From Anaeroplasmataceae bacterium (GTDB taxonomy: Bacteria; Bacillota_I; Bacilli_A; Acholeplasmatales; JAEDCM01), in assembly GCA_016294165.1 (NCBI GenBank), contig JAEDCM010000003.1:15703-79702 (forward strand): DNA of 64,000 bases, read 5' to 3'. How positions within the stretch are numbered: the first letter of the stretch is position 1; each line of letters begins with the position of its first letter. Positions 43,084-53,196 of the stretch are shown one piece after another. Under the pieces are notes generated by a model, which saw only the letters and a list, made by a program, of their open reading frames with translations, had not been told where the DNA came from and ran no database searches. The position numbers were made by a program, and so were the translations under genes.

Positions 43084-44292
43084 ATGATTATTTTAATCTT
43101 TATTTTGGTTGTTGGACTAGTTATTATGTTTAAAACAAGATTTATTATGTATAAGGATATGCCTAATTCTTTAGGATATCTAAAGAAAAAAGAAAAGGGG
43201 ATAAGTTTTTTATCTGGTCTATTTACATCACTAGCTGCGGCTCTTGGGGTTGGTAATATTTTAGGCGTTACCCAAGCATTGATTTTGGGGGGCATTGGTA
43301 GTATTTTTTGGATGTGGCTAAGCTCAATTATCGGTTGTGCAACGAAATATGCTGAAGCATATTTATCCACTTTATATAAAGAGAAAAAAGATGATGAGTA
43401 TGTTAGTGGACCAATGTATTTTATTAAAAATGGTTTAGACAATAAATATATGATTTTGGCTTATTTATACGCTTTTTTTGGAGTTATTGCATCACTTGGG
43501 ATTGGAAATATGATTCAAGCTAATGCGATTAATAAAGCTTTAAAATTTAATTCAATTATATTGGGAGTCGTATTAGTTATCATTGTATATCTAACAATAA
43601 GATATGGAATAAAAGTAATTAGCAAAATAAACAATATGTTAGTGCCTTTTATTATTGTTTTGTTTTTATCTTGCTCAATAATAATATTGGTAAAAAACTA
43701 TAAAGTTATTGATGATATATTTATCTTAATTATGAAAGAGGCTTGTTCTTATAAGGCTTTTTTAGGTGGAAATTTATATGTAATGATTAAATATGGAATA
43801 TCACGAGGTTTATTATCTAATGAAGCAGGATTGGGAAGCTCGGGAATCATTTATGGGTGCGTAGAAGAGGATCCCCATGAGGTTGGAGTTATCGCGGCAT
43901 TAGATCCGATTATTGACACAATTATTTTATGTAGCTTAACCTTTGTGATTATTATAATTGATAATAACTATTTGGGAATGAATATAAACAATGATTATCA
44001 CGTTGTTTATAACGCCTTTAAAAATCAAATTGGGTTTTATGGAGGAATAACTATTTTTTTATCAGTTATTATTTTGGGCTTTTTAACGATTATCAGTTGG
44101 TATTATTATGGACTATGTTGCTATAGGTTTCTTTTTAAAAATCAGAAGGTTTATTTATCCTTATATTTATTGTTTATTTTTTTAGGTGTTTTATATAAAA
44201 GTGAAGGTATCTATCAGTTTTGTGAAATCGCGAATATGCTAATGGCTATTCCAAATTTAATTGGTATTTTATTATTAATAAAAAAACTATAA
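43084..44292 (+). CDS. Alanine/glycine:cation symporter (AGCS) family transporter
   Basis: GGIGSIFWMWLSSIIGCATKYAEAYL and GPMYFIKNGL motifs characteristic of AGCS; 402 aa multi-TM. Confidence 0.65.
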   Translation: MIILIFILVVGLVIMFKTRFIMYKDMPNSLGYLKKKEKGISFLSGLFTSLAAALGVGNILGVTQALILGGIGSIFWMWLSSIIGCATKYAEAYLSTLYKEKKDDEYVSGPMYFIKNGLDNKYMILAYLYAFFGVIASLGIGNMIQANAINKALKFNSIILGVVLVIIVYLTIRYGIKVISKINNMLVPFIIVLFLSCSIIILVKNYKVIDDIFILIMKEACSYKAFLGGNLYVMIKYGISRGLLSNEAGLGSSGIIYGCVEEDPHEVGVIAALDPIIDTIILCSLTFVIIIIDNNYLGMNINNDYHVVYNAFKNQIGFYGGITIFLSVIILGFLTIISWYYYGLCCYRFLFKNQKVYLSLYLLFIFLGVLYKSEGIYQFCEIANMLMAIPNLIGILLLIKKL

Positions 44293-44339
44293 TTAGATGA
44301 TTCTTTGTGATATAATAACCTAGGAAGACAATAAAGGAG

Positions 44340-45368
44340 ATGATTTCAATGGGTTCTTATGGTTTGGAATTAAAGGATTTAGAAGAATTATTAGTAAACA
44401 TGAACGAAAAAAAATTCCGTGCTAAACAAATATTTCATGGAATATATAAGGATTTTATTGATGATTTTACAGAGCTTACAACCATTAAAAAGGATTTAGC
44501 TATTAAATTAAATGAAGTCATTCCTTTAAAACATTTTAAACTTGTTAAAAGACAAATTAGTAATGATAAAACGGAAAAGTTTTTATTTGAACTTGATGAT
44601 CATGAATTGATTGAAACAGTGTTGATGGATCATAATTATGGATTATCATTGTGTGTTTCAAGTCAAGTTGGTTGTGCAATGGGATGCGCATTTTGTGCAT
44701 CAGGACTATTAGGATTAAAAAGAAGCCTTACAACAGATGAGATTGTTAATCAGGTTGTTGAGGTTAGTAAAATAACAAAAAAAAGAATATCAAGTATCGT
44801 AGTAATGGGGATTGGAGAGCCTTTTACAAATTATCATAATGTTATGAAGTTCATTAGGATTATTAATTATGATTTAGGATTAGCAATAGGAGCGAGGCAC
44901 ATTACTGTTTCAACTTGCGGAATTGTTCCAAAGATTTATGATTATGCTTATGAAGGACTACAAACTAATCTAGCAATCAGCCTTCACGCACCAAATGATG
45001 CGATTAGAGATCGCATTATGAAGATTAATCACAAGTATTCCATTAATGAGGTTTGCAAGGCTGTTAAGGATTATATTGATATTACAAACAGGCGTGTAAC
45101 AATTGAATATATTTTATTAGATGGAATTAATGATTCTCATGAAAATGCTCTTGAATTAGCTAAATTGTTAAAAGGATTAAACGTGTATATAAATTTAATT
45201 CCATACAATAGTGTTAATGAAAATGAATTTAGAAGAAGTAAGAGAATAGATGAGTTCTTTGATGATTTAAAAAAACAAGGATTAAATGTGACTGCAAGAA
45301 AGGAACAAGGCGGTGATATTGACGCAGCTTGTGGCCAATTGCGAAGTTTAAATATGCATAAAAAATAG
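44340..45368 (+). CDS. rlmN: 23S rRNA (adenine2503-C2)-methyltransferase / tRNA m2A37 methyltransferase, radical SAM
   Basis: CVSSQVGCAMGCAFCASG radical-SAM cluster motif, 342 aa. Confidence 0.9.
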   Translation: MISMGSYGLELKDLEELLVNMNEKKFRAKQIFHGIYKDFIDDFTELTTIKKDLAIKLNEVIPLKHFKLVKRQISNDKTEKFLFELDDHELIETVLMDHNYGLSLCVSSQVGCAMGCAFCASGLLGLKRSLTTDEIVNQVVEVSKITKKRISSIVVMGIGEPFTNYHNVMKFIRIINYDLGLAIGARHITVSTCGIVPKIYDYAYEGLQTNLAISLHAPNDAIRDRIMKINHKYSINEVCKAVKDYIDITNRRVTIEYILLDGINDSHENALELAKLLKGLNVYINLIPYNSVNENEFRRSKRIDEFFDDLKKQGLNVTARKEQGGDIDAACGQLRSLNMHKK

Positions 45369-45398
45369 TTTAAACGCAAAAAATAACACGGGTGAACT

Positions 45399-46343
45399 AT
45401 GATGAAATTTATATTTTATTTTGTGTTATATATTATAAGCTTAGTTGGCATTTTTATGTTTACATTATTTTATTATGCACCACAGTTTTATTATCGTGAA
45501 AATGTGATGGTTCCTGATTGTCTAAATATGGATGTGGCTGAGGCAAAACTTTTATTAGAGGATCTAGGTTTAAGAGCGTCAGTTAGTTATATCGATGATA
45601 GTTTAACAAAAGATATTGTAAAAAAAATAGAACCAGAAGCGTTAGTTATGGTTAAAGAAAATAGCATTATAAAGCTATATGTATCAAATGGATCTTTGGG
45701 TAAAAAAATGCCTAATGTGTGCGATTATTTAATTGATACTGCTAAGGAAAAATTAAAGAGTTTAGATTTAAATTTGAATATAATGATTGAGTATATTAAA
45801 GATTCTAATCTTCCTAGTGATTTGGTTAAAATGCAGGTTCCTACGAGTGATACTCCATTAAAAGAAAATGATAATGTTGTATTATATGTGACATATAGTG
45901 ACGATTATGTCGTGATTCCTAATATGCAGTATTGGACAAAAGCGGAATGCGAGACCTTTTGTAAAAATAATGACATCAACCCGATTTTTGAATATGATTA
46001 TAGTTTGAACATTTCCAATGGGCTTGTGATTAGTCAAAGCATTTCTAAGGGCGACAAGCTTTTAAGAAATAAGCAAAATCAAATTTTGATTATTTTATCA
46101 AAGGGTGTCAATGATGATTTTATTCCGGATATTATACAGTGGGATGTACTCATTGCTAAAGAGTATTTGGATGGATTAAATATTAAGTATGTTATTAAGT
46201 ATGTCGATGGAGATAGTTTCAATCAAGTATTAGATGTTTATAAAAATGATGATTGCTATATTGTGATTGTTTCAGGAGGAGAATATGAAGAAGGGCTTAG
46301 TTGTAAAGTTAATAGGAGGTCTATATACAGTTTTAGATTCTGA
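45399..46343 (+). CDS. Membrane-anchored PASTA-repeat protein without kinase domain (PrkC-sensor-like)
   Basis: N-terminal TM helix then about 3 PASTA-like repeats (VPDCLNMDVAEAKLLLEDLGLRASVSYI...); no Hanks kinase motifs; 3' end overlaps rsgA by about 59 nt. Confidence 0.6.
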   Translation: MMKFIFYFVLYIISLVGIFMFTLFYYAPQFYYRENVMVPDCLNMDVAEAKLLLEDLGLRASVSYIDDSLTKDIVKKIEPEALVMVKENSIIKLYVSNGSLGKKMPNVCDYLIDTAKEKLKSLDLNLNIMIEYIKDSNLPSDLVKMQVPTSDTPLKENDNVVLYVTYSDDYVVIPNMQYWTKAECETFCKNNDINPIFEYDYSLNISNGLVISQSISKGDKLLRNKQNQILIILSKGVNDDFIPDIIQWDVLIAKEYLDGLNIKYVIKYVDGDSFNQVLDVYKNDDCYIVIVSGGEYEEGLSCKVNRRSIYSFRF

Positions 46344-47220
46344 AACGAAGGAAAGAATTGTATGTAATGCTAGTGGAAAGCTTAGACATAGTAAGGTATC
46401 AAAGGATAGTAGTTTTAAAAAGGACAGTCTAGATAAGGATGCTCGCATTATTAAAATGAGCCCTAAGGTTGGTGATTATGTTACCTATCAAGAAGAAGGT
46501 AGATATATTTTAGACGTAATGCCTCGTAATAATAGTTTAAGAAGGCCAGATGTAGCTAATGTTGATCAGGTGCTATTAATATTTGCAGCAACGAATCCAA
46601 AACTAAGCTTTAATCTTTTAGACCATTTTATTGTATTAATTGAAAAGGAAGAAATCGATTTAAAGATTATTATAACTAAGTTTGATTTGTTGGATGATCA
46701 ATCACAAATTGAATTAAAAGAAAACATGAAATATTATGAAAAAATCGGATATAATGTTTATTATACATCAATGCATGATAAGATGGGATTTGATGAAATA
46801 AAGCCAATTTTCAAGGATAAAATAAGCGTTTTGGCTGGGCAAACAGGTGCTGGTAAATCAACTTTCTTGAATTGTCTAGATGAAAGCTTTAATCTTCAAA
46901 CCCAGGAGATTTCAAAGGCTCTAGGTCGTGGTAAGCACACTACTAGACATTCAGAGTTATTAGATTTTAATGATGGTTTAATTGCAGATACTCCGGGATT
47001 TAGTTCGCTTGATTTCTTTAATTTTGAGGTATCAGATTTAAATGAGTGCTTTATTGATTTTAAAGAGTTATCTAATGGATGTCGTTTTAAAGGGTGTAGC
47101 CATATTAATGAGCCAAACTGTAATGTTAAAAATCATTTAGGAGAAACAATGATAAATTCTCGTTATGAGAATTATGTTAAATTCTACAATGAAATAAAGC
47201 AACAAAAGAAAATATATTAG
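46285..47220 (+). CDS. rsgA: Ribosome small-subunit-dependent GTPase A (RsgA/YloQ/CpgA)
   Basis: OB-fold N-terminus, circularly permuted GTPase motifs (GQTGAGKST), C-terminal Zn-finger CRFKGCSHINEPNC; AGGAGGAG RBS before the ATG at 46285. Confidence 0.9.
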   Translation: MKKGLVVKLIGGLYTVLDSETKERIVCNASGKLRHSKVSKDSSFKKDSLDKDARIIKMSPKVGDYVTYQEEGRYILDVMPRNNSLRRPDVANVDQVLLIFAATNPKLSFNLLDHFIVLIEKEEIDLKIIITKFDLLDDQSQIELKENMKYYEKIGYNVYYTSMHDKMGFDEIKPIFKDKISVLAGQTGAGKSTFLNCLDESFNLQTQEISKALGRGKHTTRHSELLDFNDGLIADTPGFSSLDFFNFEVSDLNECFIDFKELSNGCRFKGCSHINEPNCNVKNHLGETMINSRYENYVKFYNEIKQQKKIY

Positions 47221-47297
47221 AGAGCTATGCTCTCTAATTTTTGCTTATATTGACTTATACGACTAATTTTGATATCATATCACTTGGGAGGGATATT

Positions 47298-47873
47298 ATG
47301 ATTGAATGGTGGAATAGTTTAGGAGTTTTTCAACAAATATTGTTTATATTAGCGATGGCGTCGACAATTATTTTTGCGATTCAATTGATATTAATGCTTA
47401 TTGGAATCGGATTTGAAGATGCAGATTTTGATGTTGATATTGATAATGATTTTTTAAATATTTTTGGTTTAAAAATTATTACTATCAGAGGAGCACTTGC
47501 ATTTTTAAGTATTGGTTCATGGACAGCTTTAGTTTTGATTGAAGCTACCGATAATTTATGGGTTGGTACGTTAGTTGGTGTTATTGCGGGTCTTATAGCG
47601 ATGATATTAGTGGCATATGCTATTAAAAAGGCAATGAATCTTCAACAGGATGGGAATATTAATGCCGAAAATGCAATTGGTAAGGTTGCTAATGTATATT
47701 TATCAATTCCAAAGAATAAAAGTGGAATTGGAAAAGTAAATGTATTAGTTCAAGATCGTTTGTCAGAAATGGAAGCGATGACTGCTGATGAGGAGAACAT
47801 TCCAACAGGCGCAGAGGTAAAAGTTGTTGATGTTGTAAATGGAATTTTAATTGTGAAGAGGATAGGTGAATAA
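47298..47873 (+). CDS. NfeD-like membrane protein (flotillin-associated, C-terminal OB-fold)
   Basis: TM N-terminus and C-terminal beta-rich region GAEVKVVDVVNGILIVKRI; GGGAGGGA RBS before the ATG at 47298; immediately precedes and overlaps the flotillin gene. Confidence 0.65.
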   Translation: MIEWWNSLGVFQQILFILAMASTIIFAIQLILMLIGIGFEDADFDVDIDNDFLNIFGLKIITIRGALAFLSIGSWTALVLIEATDNLWVGTLVGVIAGLIAMILVAYAIKKAMNLQQDGNINAENAIGKVANVYLSIPKNKSGIGKVNVLVQDRLSEMEAMTADEENIPTGAEVKVVDVVNGILIVKRIGE

Positions 47874-47874
47874 G

Positions 47875-49269
47875 ATGTTAGTATTAAGTGTTGGTGGTTT
47901 AGTCACAGGATTAGTAACAGCCATTATCATTATCGCTTTTGTGGTTGTTGCTTTAATAGTTTCAAGATATAAAAAATGTCCATCAGATAAAATTATGGTT
48001 ATTTATGGACAAGTTGGTTCTACAAAGGATGGACAAAGCCGTAGTGCTAAGTGTGTTCATGGAGGTGCATCATTTGTTTGGCCATTCTTCCAAGCTTATG
48101 AATTTATGGATTTAACTCCAATGTCAATTCAAGTGGATTTAAGAAATGCTTTATCAAAACAAAATATCCGTATTGATGTTCCTTCAAGATTTACAGTTGG
48201 AATTTCAACTGAAACGGGAGTTATGCAAAATGCAGCTGAGCGTTTATTAGGATTAGGGTTAAATGATATTCAAGAGTTAGCTAAAGACATTATCTTTGGA
48301 CAGTTGCGTTTAGTAATTGCTACAATGGATATTGAAGAGATTAATACAGACCGTGATAAATTTCTTGAGGCGGTCAGTCGCAACGTTGAAACTGAGTTAA
48401 AGAAAATTGGTTTAAGATTAATTAACGTTAACGTTACGGATATTACTGATGAATCAGGATATATTGATGCATTAGGAAAAGAAGCGGCTGCTAAAGCTAT
48501 CAATGATGCAAAAAAATCAGTTGCTGAACAAAATAGAGATGGATCTGTTGGTGAAGCTAATGCTCAAAGAGACCAACGTGTAAGGGTTGCGGAAGCAAAT
48601 AGTATTGCGATTGCCGGAGAGAATGCGGCTTTAGCAGAAATTTCCAAATCAAATGCTAGTCGTCGTGAAATCGAAGCAGAATCAATGCGTCTTGCCACAT
48701 CAGCTGAAAAGATTGCGGAAGCTCGTGCATTAGAAGAATCATATGCTGCTCAAATGAAAGCCGAGCTTGCTCGTGCTGAACGTGAAAAAGCAACACTAGA
48801 AGCTGATGTTATTGTTAAGAGTGAAATTGAAAAGAAAAAAATCGAAATTGAAGCTGATGCTGTTGCTGAGCGTATTAGACGTGAAGCTCAAGGTGAGGCT
48901 GACGCTATTTATGCAAAAATGGAAGCTGAGGCCCGTGGTATTCAAGCTAAGTTAATGAAACAAGCTGAAGGTTACTTAGAGATTGTAAGGGCTACAGGTA
49001 GCGCTAATGAAGCGGCAATTCTTATGATTACTGACAAGCTTGAGGATATCGTTGCTAAACAAGTTGAAGCAATTAGCAACTTAAAGATTGATAAGATCAC
49101 TGTTTGGGATTCAGGAGCAAACTCTGATGGTACTTCAACAACCGCAAATTTTGCTCAATCATTAATTAAAGCTGTTCCACCGATGAATGAAATATTCAAA
49201 ATGGCCGGAATGGAGTTACCTTCTTATTTAGGTAAGGAATTAAAGACTGAAGAAAAAATAGAAAAATAA
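47875..49269 (+). CDS. Flotillin-like SPFH/band-7 protein (FloT/YuaG-like)
   Basis: N-terminal membrane hairpin, SPFH domain, long Ala/Glu-rich coiled-coil (EA repeats) C-terminal region; about 465 aa. Confidence 0.8.
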   Translation: MLVLSVGGLVTGLVTAIIIIAFVVVALIVSRYKKCPSDKIMVIYGQVGSTKDGQSRSAKCVHGGASFVWPFFQAYEFMDLTPMSIQVDLRNALSKQNIRIDVPSRFTVGISTETGVMQNAAERLLGLGLNDIQELAKDIIFGQLRLVIATMDIEEINTDRDKFLEAVSRNVETELKKIGLRLINVNVTDITDESGYIDALGKEAAAKAINDAKKSVAEQNRDGSVGEANAQRDQRVRVAEANSIAIAGENAALAEISKSNASRREIEAESMRLATSAEKIAEARALEESYAAQMKAELARAEREKATLEADVIVKSEIEKKKIEIEADAVAERIRREAQGEADAIYAKMEAEARGIQAKLMKQAEGYLEIVRATGSANEAAILMITDKLEDIVAKQVEAISNLKIDKITVWDSGANSDGTSTTANFAQSLIKAVPPMNEIFKMAGMELPSYLGKELKTEEKIEK

Positions 49270-49301
49270 ATCGGATATTTTATCCGATTTTCTTTTTTTT
49301 T
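49270..49301 (+). terminator. Intrinsic terminator after the flotillin gene
   Basis: atcggata/tatccgat hairpin followed by a T-rich run. Confidence 0.75.
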
Positions 49302-49344
49302 ATCGTCTTTTATGATAATCTATTAAAAGAAGGAGTGAAAAAAG

Positions 49345-49968
49345 ATGAAAGTTAGTCCATCAATATTATCAGCGGATTTTGCAATTTTAAAAGAAGAAAT
49401 AGAAACGATTAAAAGCTCTGATATGGTACATATTGATGTAATGGATGGGATGTTTGTTCCAAATATTACAATTGGGCCATGTGTTATTAAATCAATTCGT
49501 GCATATACTGATATGTTTTTTGATGTTCATTTGATGATTGAAAATCCGATTCGTTATATCGATGATTTTGTAAAAGCTGGATCAGATTTAATTACAATTC
49601 ATTATGAAACAGAAAACGTTAAGGAATGCTTAGAATATATTAGAAATAAAAATGTTAAGGTTGGTTTATCAATTAAACCAAAAACAGCTGTAAAAGAAAT
49701 TATTCCTTATTTAGGGATGGTGGATCTAGTTTTAGTTATGAGTGTTGAACCAGGATTTGGTGGCCAATCATTTATGTATGATGCAGTAAATAAAATTAAA
49801 GAATTAAGTGATTTAAAAAATAAATATCATTATGAAATTGAGGTTGACGGGGGAATTAATGCCCAAACTGCTGCTTTATGCAAAGAAGCAGGAGCTGATA
49901 TTTTAGTGGCAGGTAGCTATATCTTTAAATTAGATGATCGAAAAAAAGGAATTGACAGCTTAAGATGA
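49345..49968 (+). CDS. rpe: Ribulose-phosphate 3-epimerase
   Basis: MKVSPSILSADF...HIDVMDGMFVPNITIGP; 207 aa. Confidence 0.92.
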   Translation: MKVSPSILSADFAILKEEIETIKSSDMVHIDVMDGMFVPNITIGPCVIKSIRAYTDMFFDVHLMIENPIRYIDDFVKAGSDLITIHYETENVKECLEYIRNKNVKVGLSIKPKTAVKEIIPYLGMVDLVLVMSVEPGFGGQSFMYDAVNKIKELSDLKNKYHYEIEVDGGINAQTAALCKEAGADILVAGSYIFKLDDRKKGIDSLR

Positions 49969-50564
49969 GAGTAGTAATTGTAAGTTCAAGCCCGTCACTT
50001 TCGATTATGCACAATGATAATTATTGTATTGGTGTTGATCATTGGTGCTTAGAATTAATGAAAAACAATATAAAAATTGATTTAGCCATTGGCGATTTTG
50101 ATTTTTTAAGTGAAGAGGAGATCGCCTCAATTAAGGATTATGCTAAGGAATTTATCAAATTAAATGCCATAAAAAATGAAACTGATACGTTATCAGCTGT
50201 TAAAATAGCATTACAGATGAGTGAAGATATTTTAATTGTTGGGGGAATAAAAGGACCTCGTATCGAGCACTTCCTTGTGAATTTAAAATTGGTTTCAAAA
50301 TATAACATTAAGATGATTGACGATAATTCATTAATTTATAAATTAGAAACAGGAAATCATATGTTTTACAATGATGAATATAAATATATTTCTTTCTTTA
50401 CTGATTCTAATGCCGAATTAACCTTAGAGGGATTTAAGTATCCATTAACAAAATATAATTTAACTAAAGAAGATACCTTGTGTATTAGTAACGAAGTTCT
50501 ATCTAAAGGAAAATTGACTTTAAAAGGAGAAGTAATTGTTATAAAAAGTAAGAGTGATGAATAA
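49965..50564 (+). CDS. Thiamine pyrophosphokinase
   Basis: 199 aa, TPK catalytic motif GVDHW...AIGDFD, overlapping start with the rpe stop. Confidence 0.85.
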   Translation: MRVVIVSSSPSLSIMHNDNYCIGVDHWCLELMKNNIKIDLAIGDFDFLSEEEIASIKDYAKEFIKLNAIKNETDTLSAVKIALQMSEDILIVGGIKGPRIEHFLVNLKLVSKYNIKMIDDNSLIYKLETGNHMFYNDEYKYISFFTDSNAELTLEGFKYPLTKYNLTKEDTLCISNEVLSKGKLTLKGEVIVIKSKSDE

Positions 50565-50672
50565 AAATTAATTAGAGGTGATTTTTATCCGCTTTTATTG
50601 TTTAAAGCTTCCCAAATTTTTATCAAAGATTATAACAGGGATTATTTCTTTGTTTAGTAAAAAAGAAAAATA

Positions 50673-50702
50673 AAAAAGCATACGATTTCGTATGCTTTTA
50701 CT
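50673..50702. terminator. Bidirectional intrinsic terminator (TPK operon / rpmB)
   Basis: gcatacga-tt-tcgtatgc perfect hairpin flanked by A6 and a T-run. Confidence 0.75.
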
Positions 50703-50711
50703 CTTTAATAA

Positions 50712-50900
50712 CTACGCTCTAGCGATATTTCCTTTTTTTAATGCACGTGCGGAGATTTTAACTTTTTTCACAGTTCCGTCTTCTAAAACGATTCGAACAG
50801 TTTGTAAGTTAGCTTTCCAAGTACGTCTAGTCGCATGTACTGAGTGTGAACGATAGTTACCTGTAGTAGTTGTTTTACCTGTGATATAACATTTTGCCAT
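50712..50900 (-). CDS. rpmB: 50S ribosomal protein L28
   Basis: [33 protein letters not shown]... (62 aa from the internal ATG at 50900 with GGAGG RBS). Confidence 0.93.
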   Translation of the reverse strand: MAKCYITGKTTTTGNYRSHSVHATRRTWKANLQTVRIVLEDGTVKKVKISARALKKGNIARA

Positions 50901-51021
50901 AGTTTTGACCTCCTTCTGCATAATTTAATATCTTCAGCATTAATTAATTTACCATATATAAAAATAAAATGCAATAGTTTTTTAGAAAAAAACGTGAAAA
51001 AGTTTGTTGAAAAATTATTTG

Positions 51022-51050
51022 TTGCATTTTTAAAATTACTATGTTATACT
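51022..51050 (+). promoter_or_regulatory. Sigma-A-type promoter of fakA
   Basis: TTGCAT - 17 nt - TATACT. Confidence 0.5.
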
Positions 51051-51128
51051 AATAGGGAAATAAATGTTTAAAAAAGAATTTATCACATTTGTGTTATATA
51101 TATAGAAATTTAATATGGAGGGAATAGT

Positions 51129-52754
51129 ATGCCAGTAACAAAGGTTAGTGGGGCTCTTTTAAAGAGAATGTTAATTAATGGTGCTATTAATTTAAAGAAC
51201 AACTATAAAGAAGTTGATGCCCTAAATGTCTTCCCTGTACCAGATGGTGACACAGGAACAAACATGCAAATGACTATTATGGTCGGTGTTCGTGAAATTG
51301 AGAACGCAGACGTTAAAAAGATATCAGAACTATTAAAAATGCTATCGAGAGGATTATTAATGGGTGCTAGAGGAAACTCTGGAGTAATCCTATCACAATT
51401 TTTCCGTGGAATTTTTGATACTTTAAAGGATACAAAAAACGGAACAATTACTCTTCAAGAATTCCAACAATCACTTGTTGGCGGATACAAAATGGCTTAT
51501 AAGGCTGTTATGGAACCAGTTGAAGGAACTATCTTAACTGTAGTTAGAGAAGCAGCTGAAGCGCTTGAAGAAAAAATGGCAGAAATCAATGATTTAGAAA
51601 CCTTACTAAAGGTTTATTTAGCTGCGGCTAAAGAAGCATTAAGTCGTACACCTGAATTATTGCCAGTTTTAAAAGAAGCTGGTGTAGTGGATTCAGGAGG
51701 AGCTGGATTTGTTAAAATTGTTGAAGGTATGCTTTTAATGGTTCAAGGTAAAAAGTTAGAGCTATTAGAAGAAGAGTCTAAAGAAAAGAATGAAAGTGAA
51801 TTCCAAAGCACTGATATTAAATATGGATATTGTACAGAATTTATTTGTGAATTAAGAGAACCTGATAAATTTGAAGAAGCGGATTTAAGAGACATATTAT
51901 TAAGCATGGGTGACTCATTAGTATTGGTACAAGATGATTCATTAGTAAAAGTACATGTGCATGTTAATCGTCCGGGAGATGTATTGAATTTAGCTTTACA
52001 ATATGGTGATATTGTAACTACGAAAATCGAAAATATGCGTTTACAACATAGTGCTTTAATTGAAGCAGAAGCTAAACCTACTGTAAAAGAAAGAAAAGAA
52101 TATGCAATTATTGCCGTATGCTTTGGACAAGGTATCAAGGATTCATTTAAGGAGTTAGGTGTTGACTATATTATTGATGGTGGACAAACAATGAACCCTG
52201 CGACTGAGGATTTCATTAAAGCAATTGATGAAGTAAATGCGGATAATATTATTATCATTCCAAATAACTCAAATGTTATTTTAGCTGCTGAACAAGCTGC
52301 TAGTATGGTTAGTGATTCTAACATTGTAGTTTTAAAGGCTAAGACAATTGCGGCTGGATATGCATCATTGATGGTCTTTGATTCTACAAGTGATATTAAT
52401 ACAAATTTTGAAGAAATGTCTAGCGCAATTAATAGAATGAAGGCTGGAGAAGTAACTTACGCTGTAAGAGATACTGAACTTAAAGGTGTTAAAATTCAAT
52501 CTGGAGATTTCATTGGTATCTCAAAAGGAGAAATTGTTGTTTCTGTTCCAGAAAGAGTAGAAGCCACAAAAACTCTAATTGAAAAGATGTTAGATGATGA
52601 ATCAGAAATTGTTACAATTTTCTATGGTAATGATGTTTCAGAAGATGAAATTAACATTATCGCTGAGTTTGTTAACGAGGTTAACGATGAGGTTGAAGTT
52701 GAAGTTGTAAGTGGTAAACAAGATATTTATTCTTATATTATCGCTGTTGAATAA
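51129..52754 (+). CDS. fakA: DAK2-domain fatty acid kinase subunit A (YloV family)
   Basis: N-terminal DAK2 domain (PVPDGDTGTNM), C-terminal DegV-like/YloV domain; 541 aa; conserved position before recG. Confidence 0.85.
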   Translation: MPVTKVSGALLKRMLINGAINLKNNYKEVDALNVFPVPDGDTGTNMQMTIMVGVREIENADVKKISELLKMLSRGLLMGARGNSGVILSQFFRGIFDTLKDTKNGTITLQEFQQSLVGGYKMAYKAVMEPVEGTILTVVREAAEALEEKMAEINDLETLLKVYLAAAKEALSRTPELLPVLKEAGVVDSGGAGFVKIVEGMLLMVQGKKLELLEEESKEKNESEFQSTDIKYGYCTEFICELREPDKFEEADLRDILLSMGDSLVLVQDDSLVKVHVHVNRPGDVLNLALQYGDIVTTKIENMRLQHSALIEAEAKPTVKERKEYAIIAVCFGQGIKDSFKELGVDYIIDGGQTMNPATEDFIKAIDEVNADNIIIIPNNSNVILAAEQAASMVSDSNIVVLKAKTIAAGYASLMVFDSTSDINTNFEEMSSAINRMKAGEVTYAVRDTELKGVKIQSGDFIGISKGEIVVSVPERVEATKTLIEKMLDDESEIVTIFYGNDVSEDEINIIAEFVNEVNDEVEVEVVSGKQDIYSYIIAVE

Positions 52755-52765
52755 TAAAAGGACTC

Positions 52766-53134
52766 TTATGAGTCCTTTATTTTTATCAAATTCTCTTCGT
52801 TTTTTATTTTTGGAAGAACAATGGTTAAAATTCCATCGTTATAGGTAGCACTTGATTTTTCATAATCAATATTAGGGATTAAAAAGCTTCTTTTTTGATA
52901 ATTGGTTTTGATTTCTTTTTTAATGTAGGATAAATCAAAATCTTCTTCAACTTCAATTATTTCAATTGATAGTTGATCATTACTATAGTTAATTTTGATA
53001 TTATCTTTATTTACTCCCCCAATTAAAGCTTTAAACTCATATTGATCATCATGCTCTTTAATGTTTACCTTCATTTTTGGAGCTTTGAGATCAAATATGA
53101 AGCCCTCTAAATCATTCATAACTTGATTTATCAT
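52766..53134 (-). CDS. Hsp20/alpha-crystallin family small heat-shock protein
   Basis: 122 aa; C-terminal ATYNDGILTIVLPK matches the Hsp20 alpha-crystallin domain end. Confidence 0.65.
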   Translation of the reverse strand: MINQVMNDLEGFIFDLKAPKMKVNIKEHDDQYEFKALIGGVNKDNIKINYSNDQLSIEIIEVEEDFDLSYIKKEIKTNYQKRSFLIPNIDYEKSSATYNDGILTIVLPKIKNEENLIKIKDS

Positions 53135-53196
53135 AAAAAAATCCTTTCGATAAAATTTTAAATTTTTATTGTATAATATAATAAGAGGCGATTTTA

